Shown here: piece by piece, positions 38,394 to 49,186 of the stretch
Layout of the letters: each line of letters begins with the position of its first letter
Position numbering within the stretch: position 1 is the first letter of the stretch
From: Bacteroidota bacterium
Lineage (GTDB): Bacteria; Bacteroidota; Bacteroidia; Bacteroidales; GCA-2748055
Direction of reading: 5' to 3'
Length of the DNA: 64,000 bases
Assembly: GCA_039714915.1 (NCBI GenBank)
Contig: JBDLIM010000001.1
Coordinates: forward strand, 149,300-213,299
Notes under the pieces: generated by a model
Told to the model about the DNA's origin: nothing
The model's input: the letters and a program-made list of their open reading frames with translations, nothing else
Databases searched by the model: none
Program-made: the position numbers and the translations under genes

Positions 38394-38524
38394 CAAACGA
38401 TACAAGTCAATGACCGGGAAGAAACTTTTGCGCTGCCAGGCGGTCCATTTTCATGGAGGAATTCCTGGGAATTTCAGGGGTGGTATAAATGTGTTTAGGA
38501 AGCTCATAGGCAGGCAGGATGGCT
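38394..38524. repeat. 131-bp direct repeat, gene-resident copy
   Basis: Matches 37447-37577. Confidence 0.95.
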
Positions 38525-39498
38525 TTCATTGCCTCAAACCATTCTTCCAGGGGAGGATTCTCCTCTGTTGTCTCCACCAACAGTACCAAACGGCTTCCCA
38601 GCCGGTCATCGGGTTCGGGGAGAACCAGGCTGTTTTGCCTGATGACAAGCCTGATTTGCTGTTCCAGCATCTCGGGAATGATTTTAATCCCCCCCGAATT
38701 AATCACGTGATCATACCTGCCCAGCCATTTAAACATCTGTCCCGATGGATCAATCTCCACCAGGTCGTTTGTTGTAACCGGTCCCTCGGTAATTCCCTGC
38801 ACATCTACCACCAGGCAATTTCGCTGGTCCTGACTGATCTCAACTCCTTCAAACACTCTGAATCCCCTGTCGGGATTGGGTCCGCTTATTCTTTTCAATG
38901 CAAAATGGGTATAGGTTTCGCTCATGCCAAAGGACTCATAGACTGCAGTTTGCTCAAGCCGGGACAAGTGCTTTAAGGAAGCATATTGAAGTTTTCCACC
39001 TCCTATAAGAAGGGTCGAAATGTTTGCGAAATCATCCCCATGAACCAGGGATTCGTGTACCTGCAGGGGTACCATGGCTGCAAATGCAAGCGCCTCTTTC
39101 AGATCCCTGGCCGGTCTGCCTGAGGGCTCCGTTAATACAAGATCAAGTCCACCCACCAGTGCCCTGACCACCATAAGCTTGCCAGCCACATACCTCATGG
39201 GCAAACAGTGAAGCACCCTGTCGCCGGGAGCCAGTTTAAAAAAGTCCAGGGTTTTCCTGGCGCTGCGGATCAGGGATTGCCTATGGAGAATATGTATACG
39301 GGGATCACCCGTAGTTCCACTGGTTTTCTGGATAACTTCTCCGCGGGAGGGATCAAGAAACAGGTCGATAAATGCAAGCACTTCCTTCTTCCATTCCGGA
39401 TACTCCTTATCCCCTGCTCCGCGATGGCAATACTCAAGCAGCTGATCACGGTCAAATGATCTTCCATCCAGCTGAAAATCTTTGTTCACATCAATCAT
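38407..39498 (-). CDS. menE: O-succinylbenzoate-CoA ligase (short Bacteroidota type)
   Basis: TSGTTG, AMVPLQV, FGMSET, GRYDHVINSGGIKI; last gene of the men cluster. Confidence 0.88.
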   Translation of the reverse strand: MIDVNKDFQLDGRSFDRDQLLEYCHRGAGDKEYPEWKKEVLAFIDLFLDPSRGEVIQKTSGTTGDPRIHILHRQSLIRSARKTLDFFKLAPGDRVLHCLPMRYVAGKLMVVRALVGGLDLVLTEPSGRPARDLKEALAFAAMVPLQVHESLVHGDDFANISTLLIGGGKLQYASLKHLSRLEQTAVYESFGMSETYTHFALKRISGPNPDRGFRVFEGVEISQDQRNCLVVDVQGITEGPVTTNDLVEIDPSGQMFKWLGRYDHVINSGGIKIIPEMLEQQIRLVIRQNSLVLPEPDDRLGSRLVLLVETTEENPPLEEWFEAMKAILPAYELPKHIYTTPEIPRNSSMKMDRLAAQKFLPGH

Positions 39499-39502
39499 GT
39501 CC

Positions 39503-40558
39503 TTACATTCCGGGGATCAGATCATAATCCCATTGTTTTTCGGGCCGGTACCAGAGCCGGTCCTTCCTCATTTCCAAAGGAGAAGGGATGTTATTGGAGT
39601 AAAGTGTCCCCAGTCCAAGGCCCTGGGGAATGGAAACATCCAGACTGTAGGTCCATTGCGCAATGGCATTCAAACCCACCGCAGATTCAAGGGCGGAGGT
39701 AATCCACCACCCGGTATTAAAATCTCCCGCCAGCCTGATCCATTCCTGCGCTATGCGAAAACCGCCCAGCAGTCCCGGCTTTAAAATGATGTAGGCAGGC
39801 CTGATAGAACCAAGCAGCTCGGCCCGCTGGTGGCTGGAGCTGATCCCGATCAGTTCCTCATCCAGCGCAATGGGAATAATCTCACTGGTACATAATTCTG
39901 CCATGGTCTCGTTCTGTCCCGGGGCGATGGGTTGTTCAATGGAATGAATTCCAAAGGAAGCAAATTTTTCCAATTTCCCGAAGGCCTCTTCAGCACTCCA
40001 GGCACCATTGGCATCCAGGCGGATCTCCAGTTCCCCCGGATCGTGTTCCTCCCTGATGTCATGAAGAATCTTCAGCTCCGTCTCCAGTTCCAGGGCTCCC
40101 ACTTTCATTTTCAGGACCCGGAATCCCTGCTCCAGTTTCTCTCCGATCTGCCGCTTCATATGGGCCGGATCACCCATCCAGATCAATCCATTGGTGGAGA
40201 TACCCGCCATTCCTCTCGTAAAATCCGAGGGAAAGAGCAGCCCGGATCCTCCCTGTTTCAAATCCAGCAATGCGGTCTCCAGGGCGAACTGCAGCCCGGG
40301 CAAAGCTGGCAATTTACCTCCCGGGTCCATTTCACCCCGGTTTATGAGTTTACAGACATGATCTATCTGAATTTCGATTTCATCTGCATCCTCCACGCTG
40401 AGTCCGGGTATGAATGAAACCTCTCCCAATCCGCTGCGGCCATCTTCCCCTTTCAGCAGGATGTACCAGCAGGCTTTCTGATGAAGGATGCCACGGGAAG
40501 TTCCGGCGGACCGGAAGAAAACCAGGGGGTGAGAAACATATGTGGCAGAGATTTTCAA
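39503..40558 (-). CDS. menC: O-succinylbenzoate synthase
   Basis: AGTSRG, KMKVG, RLDANG, IEQP, ALDEEL, LKPGLLGG, WITSALES. Confidence 0.92.
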   Translation of the reverse strand: MKISATYVSHPLVFFRSAGTSRGILHQKACWYILLKGEDGRSGLGEVSFIPGLSVEDADEIEIQIDHVCKLINRGEMDPGGKLPALPGLQFALETALLDLKQGGSGLLFPSDFTRGMAGISTNGLIWMGDPAHMKRQIGEKLEQGFRVLKMKVGALELETELKILHDIREEHDPGELEIRLDANGAWSAEEAFGKLEKFASFGIHSIEQPIAPGQNETMAELCTSEIIPIALDEELIGISSSHQRAELLGSIRPAYIILKPGLLGGFRIAQEWIRLAGDFNTGWWITSALESAVGLNAIAQWTYSLDVSIPQGLGLGTLYSNNIPSPLEMRKDRLWYRPEKQWDYDLIPGM

Positions 40559-41457
40559 AGCACCAGTCCGATTCCAAAGGCAAGCGAAAACAGCAGGGTA
40601 GCCATGGCCAGTCTCTTCAGCTCCCGGTTGAGTTCCACAGGAACCGTGTTGGTGATTACCTGCTGAATATCGATAATCAACAGGGGCACCGGGAGCAGGA
40701 AAATCAGCTGGTAATAGGATTCAAAATACAGCACCGTATAGACCACAGCCAGTACCAGGGCCGTAAAGAGCAGGACCACATGATAGGCCTTGGCCCAGGT
40801 CACTCCCATGCGAACCACCAGGGTGTTCTTCCCGCTGAGGGCATCATTTTCATGGTCTCTCAGGTTATTCAGGTTCAGCACCCCTGCACTGAATAGTCCC
40901 ACCGAGGAGGCAGGCAGCAGGATGCTGGGATGAAAGGACTGGGTATGAAGAAAATAGGTGCCTGCTACGCCCAGGATCCCGAAATAGATAAAAACCATAA
41001 TATCGCCGAAGCCCACATAGCCATAGGGCCGTTTACCGATTGTATATTTGATGGCCGCATAAATGGCCGAAATACCCAGCAGGAAAAACAACACAATAAG
41101 GAAGGTGTTACGGCCTTGCAACCCGGACCTGATTAGCAGGGATCCTGAAAGCAGGCTCAGCAGTACAAATACCCCGATCATCCAGCGCATCTGTCCCTGG
41201 CTCACCAGTCCGCTCTGGGTCACCCTCAGGGGCCCCAGCCGCTTCTTGTTATCGGTTCCCTTCCTGGCATCCCCGTAATCATTGGCCAGGTTAGAAAGGA
41301 TCTGCAGGAAGAGGGTAGTCAGGCTGGCGAAGATAAAAACCCCCCATTTAAACCGGTTTTCGGCATATCCCAGGAAACTGCCCAGTATAGTTGCAGAGAG
41401 TGCCAGCGGAAGGGTCCGCAGGCGAAAGGCTTTAATCCATATTCGGGCTGAATTCAT
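40555..41457 (-). CDS. menA: 1,4-dihydroxy-2-naphthoate polyprenyltransferase
   Basis: RLRTLP, NLANDYGD, NLNNLRD, GKNTLVVR. Confidence 0.95.
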   Translation of the reverse strand: MNSARIWIKAFRLRTLPLALSATILGSFLGYAENRFKWGVFIFASLTTLFLQILSNLANDYGDARKGTDNKKRLGPLRVTQSGLVSQGQMRWMIGVFVLLSLLSGSLLIRSGLQGRNTFLIVLFFLLGISAIYAAIKYTIGKRPYGYVGFGDIMVFIYFGILGVAGTYFLHTQSFHPSILLPASSVGLFSAGVLNLNNLRDHENDALSGKNTLVVRMGVTWAKAYHVVLLFTALVLAVVYTVLYFESYYQLIFLLPVPLLIIDIQQVITNTVPVELNRELKRLAMATLLFSLAFGIGLVL

Positions 41458-41464
41458 ACTAAGA

Positions 41465-41472
41465 CAAAACTA
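41465..41472 (-). promoter_or_regulatory. Possible internal -7 promoter element (TAGTTTTG) before menA
   Basis: TAnnTTTG in the menB-menA gap; very close to the start codon. Confidence 0.35.
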
Positions 41473-41496
41473 AGAATTTTCTTTCAAGTGGCACCC

Positions 41497-42318
41497 TTAT
41501 GGCAATTTAGGAAACTGATCCCAATCGGGATCCCTTTTCTCCAGGAATGCATTCTTTCCTTCCTGTGCCTCATCGGTCATATAGTACAACATGGTTGCAT
41601 TCCCCGCCAGTTCCTGGATCCCGGCCTGTCCATCCAGCTCGGCATTCAGTCCGGCCTTGATCATTCTCAGGGCAATGGGACTGTGCTTCATTACTTTATT
41701 GCACCATTCCACGGTGGTATCTTCCAGTTTATCCAGGGGCACCACCTTATTCACCAATCCCATCTCCAGGGCTTCTGCTGCACTGTACTGTTCACATAGG
41801 AACCAGATTTCCCGGGCCTTCTTCTGGCCCACATGCCTGGCCAGGAAAGAAGAACCGAATCCGGCATCAAAGCTTCCCACTTTGGGTCCCGTCTGTCCAA
41901 AACGTGCATTCTCCGAAGCAATGGAAAGATCGCATACCACATGCAGGACATGCCCTCCTCCTATGGCAAAGCCATTGACCATGGCGATCACCGGTTTGGG
42001 AAGGCTGCGGATCTGGCGCTGTACATCAAGCACATTCAACCTGGGAACTCCGTCTTTTCCCACATAACCAGCAAAACTTTTCACATTCTGGTCCCCGCCG
42101 CTGCAAAAGGCCTTATCCCCTTCACCGGTAAGGACCACAACCCTGATTTCCGGCATTTCCCTGCACAGCACAAGCGCTTCGCTCATTTCCCTTGTGGTAT
42201 CGGGTGTGAAGGCGTTATAATAGCGGGGACGGTTGATGGTAATTTTTGCTATTCCTTCAAAAAACTCAAACCTGATCTCCTCAAATTCTTTGAGGATTTT
42301 CCATTCTCTTAACGGCAT
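41497..42318 (-). CDS. menB: 1,4-dihydroxy-2-naphthoyl-CoA synthase
   Basis: [31 protein letters not shown]. Confidence 0.97.
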   Translation of the reverse strand: MPLREWKILKEFEEIRFEFFEGIAKITINRPRYYNAFTPDTTREMSEALVLCREMPEIRVVVLTGEGDKAFCSGGDQNVKSFAGYVGKDGVPRLNVLDVQRQIRSLPKPVIAMVNGFAIGGGHVLHVVCDLSIASENARFGQTGPKVGSFDAGFGSSFLARHVGQKKAREIWFLCEQYSAAEALEMGLVNKVVPLDKLEDTTVEWCNKVMKHSPIALRMIKAGLNAELDGQAGIQELAGNATMLYYMTDEAQEGKNAFLEKRDPDWDQFPKLP

Positions 42319-42323
42319 GTATG

Positions 42324-43946
42324 CTACTGATTTTGATTGAAAAACTCCTTAAAGGTACGACTATTTTCACTCTTGGTGGTATCCACCTCCAGGATGCTCA
42401 GGGAGGAATCGGGATGAAACAGTGCCATGGCATCCCTGGTCACTTCGTCCATGCTTACAGCCCTTCGAAACTCCCTGCCGAAGGATTGTGAAAGTAATTC
42501 CAGGGAAACAGGGTGATGAGTCACCGAAAATTCCTCAAAAAACTCCATGCGCTCGGGTCCTTCCAACAGCCGGAATATGCCTCCTCCCCCGTCATTGATC
42601 ACCACGATCTTCAGGTTCGGAGGGAAATTTTTATTCCACAGCGCATTAGAGTCATAAACAAAACTCAGGTCCCCCAGCAGCAAAAGATGCAGCTCATCTG
42701 AAACCATGGCCGCTCCAACTGCAGTTGAAAGGGATCCGTCTATGCCTGAGGTACCCCGGTTCGAATAATAGCTCAGATCGTCACGTCCCGGAAAAAGCTG
42801 GGAATAGCGAATAACTGAGCTGTTACCAAGATGCACGGTGCTATGAGCCGGAACCAGTGAAAGCACCTTATGGATCACGGACAGGTTACTGAACGGGGCA
42901 CCCTGAATGTAAGAGACTGCCCTCTGTGCTTCCCTGGATTCAATCCTTTTCCAGGTTTCCTGTAAGTGATTCTGAATGATCCTGTCCCCTTCATCTCCGG
43001 ATGCAAACATCCTTTTCAATGATTCGCGTATGTTTTCTTTTATTTCAATATGCTCCAGTTCCTGCAGTGATTCCAGAAAGAGCCTGAGACGCTTGGAAAC
43101 AACCTGTCCCCCAAAGGATATAAGCACATCAGGCGCCAGCTGATCCCTTTCTGCTTCACCGGATCCGGCCAGCACCAGCTCAGGATTTACAACAAACTGC
43201 CCTGAGGCCAGGTTGGCAATATTCTCAGCGACCACAAGCAGTTCGTAGCGGGAGCTCAGATCCCTGAGCAAGGGCTCAATTTCCTTTCCGTAGTTCCCCA
43301 TTCCTGCCAGTAACATAATTTTCTTTGTGGCAAGTCCCTTGTCAAATACCGGAAACTCTACATTCTGTGTACCTGGATTTACGGAAACCGACACCTGTTT
43401 CAGAGCTGATGGAAGCGGTTCATAAAGAGGCTCCAGCAGGGGAATGTTCACATGTACTGGTCCGGTCTCAGGCACAAGTGCTTCATCCAGGAGCTGTCCC
43501 ACGGATAGAAAAGCCTGCTTTAATTCGCTTTCCGTCCTGAACTCAAAAGGCAATTCAAGAAATCCCCTGGAATGGTTGAAATAGGGAGCCGTCTGGTTGA
43601 TCACCTGGTTATTGAAGCGGGAAATCTTTTCAAGAGGCCTGTCAGCTGTCAAAACCACTAGTGGAATATGCTGATGGAAGGCTTCTGCCACAGCAGGTGA
43701 CAGGTTCAGGACTGCAGTACCCGAAGTGGTCACAAGTACTACCGGTTCTTTCAGCTCCCGGGCCATACCCAGGGCCACATATCCTGCCGAGCGCTCATCC
43801 ACAATGCTGTGGGAGATAAAAGCTTTATTGCCTGTGAATAACTGGATCAATGGAGCATTTCTGCTGCCCGGTGCAATAATTGCATGCCTGATTCCCCTGC
43901 TTTCAAGCAATATGCCCAGCTCAGCTATATGTTGATTGTGCTGCAT
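42324..43946 (-). CDS. menD: SEPHCHC synthase
   Basis: [39 protein letters not shown]. The probable start is ATG 43946, not 44066. Confidence 0.93.
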   Translation of the reverse strand: MQHNQHIAELGILLESRGIRHAIIAPGSRNAPLIQLFTGNKAFISHSIVDERSAGYVALGMARELKEPVVLVTTSGTAVLNLSPAVAEAFHQHIPLVVLTADRPLEKISRFNNQVINQTAPYFNHSRGFLELPFEFRTESELKQAFLSVGQLLDEALVPETGPVHVNIPLLEPLYEPLPSALKQVSVSVNPGTQNVEFPVFDKGLATKKIMLLAGMGNYGKEIEPLLRDLSSRYELLVVAENIANLASGQFVVNPELVLAGSGEAERDQLAPDVLISFGGQVVSKRLRLFLESLQELEHIEIKENIRESLKRMFASGDEGDRIIQNHLQETWKRIESREAQRAVSYIQGAPFSNLSVIHKVLSLVPAHSTVHLGNSSVIRYSQLFPGRDDLSYYSNRGTSGIDGSLSTAVGAAMVSDELHLLLLGDLSFVYDSNALWNKNFPPNLKIVVINDGGGGIFRLLEGPERMEFFEEFSVTHHPVSLELLSQSFGREFRRAVSMDEVTRDAMALFHPDSSLSILEVDTTKSENSRTFKEFFNQNQ

Positions 43947-45081
43947 CTGATGGTGAGAGATCTTTGATATAGGTACGGAGTATTTTGAGCAGGGACTCCG
44001 CCTTCCACCTGGTTTCATTCCATTCATCGGCCGGATCAGAATCAAGTGTAATGCCTCCTCCCACATACAGCGACAGGTAATCCGGCATGATCTTCAGACA
44101 GCGGAGGTTTACAAAAAGATCGATCTCTCCGTTCCCCGGGCCTACCGGTCCCAGGAATCCGGTGTAATAGTCCCTGTCATGCGGCTCCAGTTCCTTAATA
44201 TATTGAATGGCGTCTTCCTTGGGCTGACCTGCCACTGCCGGGGTAGGATGCATGGCATCCACAAAATCCCAAAGCCTCTGTGATATTTTTTCGAAATCAA
44301 GGAAGAAATCCGTGCGAAGATGTACCAGATTTCCTGCCTTCTTCACATAGGGTGAACTTACCCTGTAATCTTTCACCTTAAATGCACGTATTACATCGTG
44401 TATATAGCGGGTCACATATTCCTGCTCAAGGACTTCCTTAACTGTCCACCTGTTAATGTCCATGTGCCGCTCGGCAAAAGGCCTGGTACCCGCCAGTGAA
44501 ACCGTGGACACCCTTCCGTCACGAAGCCTTAACAAGGGTTCAGGGGAAGCGCCCATCCAGAAATGGTCATCACTTTTGAACAGGTACACAAATGCATTCG
44601 GATGCATTCTGCATAAGCGCTGGAAGAGTTTGGGCACAATGGCCATATGCTTGCCCTTAATTACCCTGATCCGGGAAAGTACTGCTTTCTGAAAAGCTCC
44701 TGTGGATATGGATGACTTGATGGCCTTTACCTGTTCCATGTAGGTTTCCCGTTCCGTAACCACCGGAGTTTCTCCGTTCCAGTCAGGACCAGGCCTCTGG
44801 CCCAGTTCAGAAATGAATCGAATTTGCTCTCCCGATATATTATCTCCATGCACGACCACATCAGGTCTAATAAGGATGTATTTATGCCCGTTACGTGTGT
44901 CGAAGGGAGCCATCATAAAACCTGTTTCACTGGAAATATCCCGGATCGATTTCCACTGCACATGGCCGGGAGTAGTCTGAATGTAGGTGGTGGAATGCTC
45001 CTGCTGTGGCAGGCGATAGCTTACAACCGGCAGGTTCTTTGAGATACAGGCTTTATGTATTTTAATGAGACCTTGGTTCAT
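43921..45081 (-). CDS. menF: Isochorismate synthase
   Basis: KAVLSR, GASPE, LAGT, HPTPAV, YYTGFLG, FVNLRC, YVGGGIT. Confidence 0.9.
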   Translation of the reverse strand: MNQGLIKIHKACISKNLPVVSYRLPQQEHSTTYIQTTPGHVQWKSIRDISSETGFMMAPFDTRNGHKYILIRPDVVVHGDNISGEQIRFISELGQRPGPDWNGETPVVTERETYMEQVKAIKSSISTGAFQKAVLSRIRVIKGKHMAIVPKLFQRLCRMHPNAFVYLFKSDDHFWMGASPEPLLRLRDGRVSTVSLAGTRPFAERHMDINRWTVKEVLEQEYVTRYIHDVIRAFKVKDYRVSSPYVKKAGNLVHLRTDFFLDFEKISQRLWDFVDAMHPTPAVAGQPKEDAIQYIKELEPHDRDYYTGFLGPVGPGNGEIDLFVNLRCLKIMPDYLSLYVGGGITLDSDPADEWNETRWKAESLLKILRTYIKDLSPSDAAQSTYS

Positions 45082-45102
45082 AGGGTTCGTTCAGCGTGCA
45101 GC

Positions 45103-45510
45103 TTAAGTTTTTTTGGGTTTGACACTATTAGTAACGCGACTTATGGAAATAAGTTTGCCGGCATCATCTTTTATTTCCACATCCCATATATGTTTAAAAT
45201 CAGTAAGGTGCACCAGCTCTGCCCTGGCATGCAGGAGCCCTTCCCTGGCAGGAGCCAGATGCTGCCCGTTCACCGCCGAACCCAGCACATCAAAGTGCCG
45301 GGGATCCACCAGGAGAAATGAACCTGCACTTCCCACCGTTTCAGCAAGGGCCAGCAGGGCTCCTCCATGTACGATTCCCACGGGTTGATACAGCCTGGGT
45401 GTAATCTCCATTCTGGCTTCAACTGCTGTATCCGAATATGTTGTGAACTCAATATCCAGCAGGTCGATCAAAGTACCTTTGCAAATCCTGTTTAGTTCTT
45501 TGATATCCAT
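45103..45510 (-). CDS. menI: Hotdog-fold thioesterase, probable DHNA-CoA hydrolase
   Basis: QPVGIVHGGALLALAETVGS; located in the men cluster. Confidence 0.82.
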   Translation of the reverse strand: MDIKELNRICKGTLIDLLDIEFTTYSDTAVEARMEITPRLYQPVGIVHGGALLALAETVGSAGSFLLVDPRHFDVLGSAVNGQHLAPAREGLLHARAELVHLTDFKHIWDVEIKDDAGKLISISRVTNSVKPKKT

Positions 45511-45527
45511 ATGCTACTGATTTGCTT

Positions 45528-45535
45528 CAAATATA
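45528..45535 (-). promoter_or_regulatory. Bacteroidota -7 promoter element (TATATTTG) before menI
   Basis: TAnnTTTG in the intergenic gap. Confidence 0.45.
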
Positions 45536-45545
45536 CACATTCCGC

Positions 45546-46277
45546 CTATTTCTTCCCTGCTATCACCAGCATCACTGATCCCAGAAATAAAGGCTCGCCC
45601 ATCCTGAGCTCAAAGCCGGCTTTTTCCAGGATGGCACCCATCTCCTTAATGGAGTAATAATTCTTTGAAGATCTGGCCAGGTACCTGTAAGCTTTCAGGT
45701 TCCCCGAGATGATTCCCCCCAGGTAAGGAAGGATCAGTTGAAGATAAATTGAATTAATAATACGCCAGAGGAGGCTGTCAGGCCTGCTGCTTTCAAGAAT
45801 GACCAGTTGACCTCCCGGTCGCAACACCCTTCCGATTTCCGACAGGTGCCTGTCAGCCTTTGAATTTTCATACACCAGGTTCCTGATGCCAAAGGTGATC
45901 CCAATGGCATCAAAAGATCCGTCATCAAAGGGCATGTTGCCCACATCACCTTCCAAAAACTCAAGGGGTGCAAGTTTCTGATATTTTCCTAATTCATCGT
46001 ACTTTTTTTGAGCAAGCTCCAGCATGGCCGGAGTAAAGTCGTATCCTGTAAGTGAAATATCCTGCTTTGCCAATGCAGCCAGTTCCAGTACAAAATCACC
46101 GGTTCCGGTACACAGGTCAAGTACATTCTGCGGCCCGGAAGCAAGGCATTCGGCAGCTGCTTTTTTTCTCCAGGCCCGGTCCCTTCCAAAAGTAAAGACC
46201 CGGTTTACCCGGTCGTAAGATTGATAAATATCCTTATAATATTCCTGAAGCGGGAAATCTTCCCTCTTATTCCCCAT
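45546..46277 (-). CDS. menG: UbiE/MenG demethylmenaquinone methyltransferase
   Basis: YDRVN...GRDRAWR, LDLCTGTGD, FGIRN, RVLRPGG. ATG at 46277 is preceded by TAACTTTG at 46296-46303. Confidence 0.88.
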   Translation of the reverse strand: MGNKREDFPLQEYYKDIYQSYDRVNRVFTFGRDRAWRKKAAAECLASGPQNVLDLCTGTGDFVLELAALAKQDISLTGYDFTPAMLELAQKKYDELGKYQKLAPLEFLEGDVGNMPFDDGSFDAIGITFGIRNLVYENSKADRHLSEIGRVLRPGGQLVILESSRPDSLLWRIINSIYLQLILPYLGGIISGNLKAYRYLARSSKNYYSIKEMGAILEKAGFELRMGEPLFLGSVMLVIAGKK

Positions 46278-46320
46278 ATGGATTGTTTCAGGCCCCAAAG
46301 TTATTAATTTTCGCCGAGCA

Positions 46321-48042
46321 TTATTCCACAGAAAACAGGGAGCTTGCCGACCAGAGTTCCCCGTCCGGAGCCACGGCTCTTACCAGGATCACATATTCAC
46401 CAGGAGTGGAAGGGGCTGTAAACTTAAGTTCGCCGGGACGATCCTTTCTGACTGGCAGATCCTCTTTCCATAAAATGGTGTTTCGCATATCCGGAATGCG
46501 GTCCCCAGGTGAGGGTGAGGCTACATAAGCCTCCGGTTCTTCATAAAAGGACTGAAAATCAAAAAAGTAAGATCCGGGGGCAAGATCAATACCAGCCAAA
46601 TCTCCGTCTTTGGAGTAGATGGCAATAAGTCCCCCGAATGACATGCTTCCCTTCAGGTATACCTCATTGATCAAATCAATTCTGTCAATCTTCTCAGGGG
46701 GTAATGCCAGCACAGCATCATGGTCAAAAACTGAAATATTATCGATCAGGATCAGGGGAGAGTAAATCCCGATCACCCTGTTGTCGCTGTGAATCCTTAT
46801 CGAGTTCTTACCCTTCTTTCGCACCACATCCACATTGGGTACCAGGTTAATAAATACTTCTTCAAGGGTGGGCAGGTTCACATAGTCATCCATTTGAAGC
46901 CTCTGGACCCGGTTCCCGTAAAAAGCATTGAATCCGGCCACCAAAGAATCTCTGACAGGCTGCACAGGGATTCCGTACACCCTGGAGAACTGCATGGCCA
47001 GAGACATACGTGTGGCCACTTTCCGTTCCCAATCGGAAAGGCTGAATTTAACTGCGGGCAACTGAAAGGGTGAAGCATCAAAATCCTGGTCAATCCGGAC
47101 CTCATGCATAGCATCGTCACGTGAATCCGTGCTCACATAAAACTCCTGCGTACCGCTTAGATCCGGAGTAGACACTGCAAACCTTCCGCTGGCATCAGTA
47201 ACCGTGGCAAAAAATCCGGGATTCCGCCCAAGAATAGAAAAATGGAGGCCTGTGAATGCAGCAGGTGAATTGTCAGGATGAACCACTAAACCGGACAGGG
47301 AGGGTCCGTGTCCCACATCAGGCAGGTATGCAATGCTGAAATCAGCCTTGTTAAGCTCTCCAGATGATAAAAGCAGCTGGCCGGACACTGTATCAATTGC
47401 TCCGGCCGGCACCACGGAAACACAACAGTTTATGTGTTCAACATAGGCATTACAGGGGCCCTCTATTGTCAGGCTGACCTCTTTGCCCTTGCCGTATACG
47501 GATGCATCTGAAGAACAGCCTATCTCACCCTGCAGGTAGGCCAGGCTTGTGAGCCTGGACTGGTATCCGTTCCCGCTGTTGCCATTGGCCACTTCCAACC
47601 GGTTCGGATTAATGATCTTCAAGGGGGTGTATGAATAGCATCCGGGGCCTGCATTCCTCATCCAGCGCGTATAACATTTTAAATAATAATTCCCGGTAAG
47701 TATACCCGAGGGAATATGCAGGCTCCCTGTACTTACTCCATTGCTCAGGGGGAACTTTCCCTGAACCACTTCCATTCCTGCTGAAGTGACCAATTCTGCA
47801 TACAGGACCGTACTCCAGCCCCCGGGCACATCGGTACTCACTGAATAGTCTGCTCTGAATCGAAGCGTTTCCCCGACAGCATAGATGGATCGGTCTGTAA
47901 ACACGTTCACTTGCTCCCTGAACTTCAGAGCTACTGAATGATATGCGGGATCAAAAGGGGATTGTCCCTGCAGGTGCAGAAGGCTGCTGCCAAAGCTGAA
48001 AGCCGTCAGTAAACAAATATATGTGAACCTGCCTATTTTCAT
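46321..48042 (-). CDS. Secreted hypothetical protein (MG2-like N-terminus, TonB-plug-like C-terminal region)
   Basis: Signal peptide, FTDRSIYAVGE, TGNYYLKCYTRWMRN, PLILID, PDMRNTILW. Confidence 0.65.
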   Translation of the reverse strand: MKIGRFTYICLLTAFSFGSSLLHLQGQSPFDPAYHSVALKFREQVNVFTDRSIYAVGETLRFRADYSVSTDVPGGWSTVLYAELVTSAGMEVVQGKFPLSNGVSTGSLHIPSGILTGNYYLKCYTRWMRNAGPGCYSYTPLKIINPNRLEVANGNSGNGYQSRLTSLAYLQGEIGCSSDASVYGKGKEVSLTIEGPCNAYVEHINCCVSVVPAGAIDTVSGQLLLSSGELNKADFSIAYLPDVGHGPSLSGLVVHPDNSPAAFTGLHFSILGRNPGFFATVTDASGRFAVSTPDLSGTQEFYVSTDSRDDAMHEVRIDQDFDASPFQLPAVKFSLSDWERKVATRMSLAMQFSRVYGIPVQPVRDSLVAGFNAFYGNRVQRLQMDDYVNLPTLEEVFINLVPNVDVVRKKGKNSIRIHSDNRVIGIYSPLILIDNISVFDHDAVLALPPEKIDRIDLINEVYLKGSMSFGGLIAIYSKDGDLAGIDLAPGSYFFDFQSFYEEPEAYVASPSPGDRIPDMRNTILWKEDLPVRKDRPGELKFTAPSTPGEYVILVRAVAPDGELWSASSLFSVE

Positions 48043-48043
48043 C

Positions 48044-49186
48044 TTACCAGAAATCGGGTTTGGTTATTGTACCTCCATACCTGCGACAGTCGAAACAATA
48101 TTGCTCCCCGTAAAGCCACGGAGGGCCCGGGGGCAATTGTCCGATGGATCTCATGTAGTGGGGGTACCTGTCATTATATTCATCCAGGGAATAGATGGTA
48201 TCCAGATTGCACCTGTAGCGTTCCACTTCAAATTCAAATTCATTTCTTACGTTAATCCGTTTTTCCTGAATCTGAGTGGCATAAAAACATCCAAGTACTT
48301 TTTCCTCCGGCCTGTGTGTGTTGTATATGTTACCAATGGTACTGGAAGGCTGGGTTTCGTAAAGGCCTCCCCCTGCACTGGCACTGGTCTTCATCTGGTC
48401 CCAGTAAGCAAAGGCCCCGGTGCTGAGAGATTGCTGCTCCACCAGCAGGCTGTATTTAAAAGAGAGCCTGGGACTTCGATTGGACACATAGTTAAGCGCA
48501 TTCTTATTTATACGGTTTTCAGTCAGCCCATGGGTGGATGCGGTATAGAGGTCTCTGACGCGGGTGGTCATATAGCATGTGCCGAAGGGAGTTCCGTCAA
48601 ATCCACGAAAGCCTTCCTCATCATAAATAGCATCTGCCGTGTTAGGGGAAATATACTCCCAGGTTTCCTCAAGCCTCCACCTGAAGCTTCTGGCAACATC
48701 CCCATTTCCCACCAGGTCGTTATAAAACTGAAGCCCGTAATAGGTGATCTCAGGATCGGAAGTAGCCTTACTCTTCAACTCATAGTATAAAGAGTCGATG
48801 GGAGGACAGGCCAGCAGTGTATCATAATCTGAACGGTATTCACTCCCTGCGGGTGTAAGTACAGAAAGAGAATAGGATTTTCCGACAACCAGGAAATCAG
48901 GTTCCAGGACAATTTCATATAATCCGGGGATTTGTTCGTGGTATACCCTCAGATCTCCGGTTTCATCCTCCACTGACACAATACATCCGGTCACAGGTTT
49001 TACTTCAGGTTCGTTATAGGGAGCTGACAGGGAAATTGTTACATAATGAAGCCCGGATTTGTCGGTGATTACTCCACTGATGACAAGTACCTCCTGAGAT
49101 TCATATAATTCAGGCTCAAAGGGAACAATGCAAGATGCACAGGCCAGCAACAGAACCATCAGGATGTGGTATTTATTCACTGGCAT
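48044..49186 (-). CDS. DUF4249 family lipoprotein
   Basis: Lipobox ASC, LVISGVIT, ETWEY, YSLLVEQ, GNI...EKVLGCF; follows a TonB-dependent receptor. Confidence 0.8.
   Translation of the reverse strand: MPVNKYHILMVLLLACASCIVPFEPELYESQEVLVISGVITDKSGLHYVTISLSAPYNEPEVKPVTGCIVSVEDETGDLRVYHEQIPGLYEIVLEPDFLVVGKSYSLSVLTPAGSEYRSDYDTLLACPPIDSLYYELKSKATSDPEITYYGLQFYNDLVGNGDVARSFRWRLEETWEYISPNTADAIYDEEGFRGFDGTPFGTCYMTTRVRDLYTASTHGLTENRINKNALNYVSNRSPRLSFKYSLLVEQQSLSTGAFAYWDQMKTSASAGGGLYETQPSSTIGNIYNTHRPEEKVLGCFYATQIQEKRINVRNEFEFEVERYRCNLDTIYSLDEYNDRYPHYMRSIGQLPPGPPWLYGEQYCFDCRRYGGTITKPDFW

Noticed and set aside
37447-38524. Diversity-generating retroelement TR/VR pair
   Set aside because: Only one mismatch, no pattern of adenine-specific variation, no RT nearby, and MenE is not a DGR-type target.
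43947-44066. N-terminal 40-aa extension of MenD in the ORF track
   Set aside because: It overlaps menF coding sequence; MenD similarity begins at ATG 43946.
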